A stretch of 64,000 bases of DNA. Source: Haloferacaceae archaeon. GTDB lineage: Archaea > Halobacteriota > Halobacteria > Halobacteriales > Haloferacaceae. Numbering within the stretch: position 1 is the first letter of the stretch; the number at the start of each line of letters is the position of its first letter. The position numbers were made by a program, and so were the translations under genes. The stretch is taken from NCBI GenBank assembly GCA_042217165.1, contig JBDGTD010000009.1, positions 4,077 to 68,076 of the forward strand, given 5' to 3'. Below the pieces are notes generated by a model. That model was not told the origin of the DNA and did not search any database. It was given only the letters and a program-made list of their open reading frames with translations. Below, piece after piece: positions 63,819-64,000 of the stretch.

Positions 63819-64000
63819 GTGCCGACCGTCGAGTTTCGCGGCGAGCGAATCGAGTGTGAACACGGCGCGGTCCTGCGCGACGTCCTCCGGGAGGCGGACC
63901 TGGACGTTCACAACGGGCGTGCCGCGGCGCTGAACTGTCGCGGACACGGCACCTGCGGGACCTGTGCGGTCGAGGTCGACGGCGAGACGAGCAGTCCGAG
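63819..64000 (+). CDS. 2Fe-2S ferredoxin-domain protein (N-terminal part; runs off right edge)
   Basis: Own translation from GTG at 63819: VPTVEFRGERIECEHGAVLRDVLREADLDVHNGRAAALNCRGHGTCGTCAVEVDGETSSP. This carries the plant-type C-x4-C-x2-C cluster motif. Confidence 0.7.
   Translation, partial: MPTVEFRGERIECEHGAVLRDVLREADLDVHNGRAAALNCRGHGTCGTCAVEVDGETSSP

Noticed and set aside
1-64000. Searched by eye for CRISPR arrays, rRNA, IS elements or transposases, integrases, toxin-antitoxin pairs and known defence-system signatures.
   Set aside because: No regularly spaced direct repeats, no rRNA-like segments and no transposase or integrase motifs were found. The only repeats are the coding TP-repeat at 42.4 kb and the 15-bp pair at 62.03-62.07 kb.

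Overview
Chromosomal segment from a haloarchaeon (class Halobacteria). This is inferred from the visibly GC-rich sequence (about two thirds G+C by eye, not computed), the strongly acidic D/E-rich proteins, archaeal transcription and translation genes (TFS, TFE, NAC, Trm56, Rpp21), and TATA-like AT tracts 22-30 nt upstream of many start codons, which fits leaderless mRNAs. Many long ORFs in the supplied track are R/P/G-rich shadow frames of real genes and were discarded. Real genes were chosen by acidic composition, recognisable family motifs and start/stop coupling, and several starts were re-placed internally, often at GTG. About 80 genes are supported and most are housekeeping. They cover the mevalonate pathway decarboxylase, a phosphohexomutase, geranylgeranyl reductase, methylmalonyl-CoA mutase, epimerase and an acyl-CoA ligase, Nnr, MoaC, HflX, galactokinase, TatA, MscS, a cold-shock protein and one tRNA-Arg(CCU). 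The one clear multi-gene system is at 27.9-37.3 kb. It is a tightly coupled 7-gene Tad-like archaeal type IV pilus operon: secretion ATPase, PilC/TadC-like membrane protein and five different proteins with class III signal peptides. A sixth, much larger pilin-like protein (477 aa, N/D/G-rich C-terminal region) is encoded on the opposite strand and converges on the operon end. Other observations worth a second look:
- HflX's conserved N-terminal coding region has no canonical start codon.
- An ABC transporter operon carries two lesions: the substrate-binding protein's Tat-lipoprotein signal has no start codon, and the ATPase has an in-frame TAG before its Walker A motif.
- Several micro-ORFs fall below the ORF-track cutoff, including a 50-aa protein with classical C2H2 zinc-finger spacing.
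- One protein has a Gly/Met-rich low-complexity core.
- A 490-bp stretch upstream of tatA has no convincing ORF.
- A 15-bp perfect direct repeat brackets a TATA-like element.
No rRNA, CRISPR array, transposase or integrase was seen.
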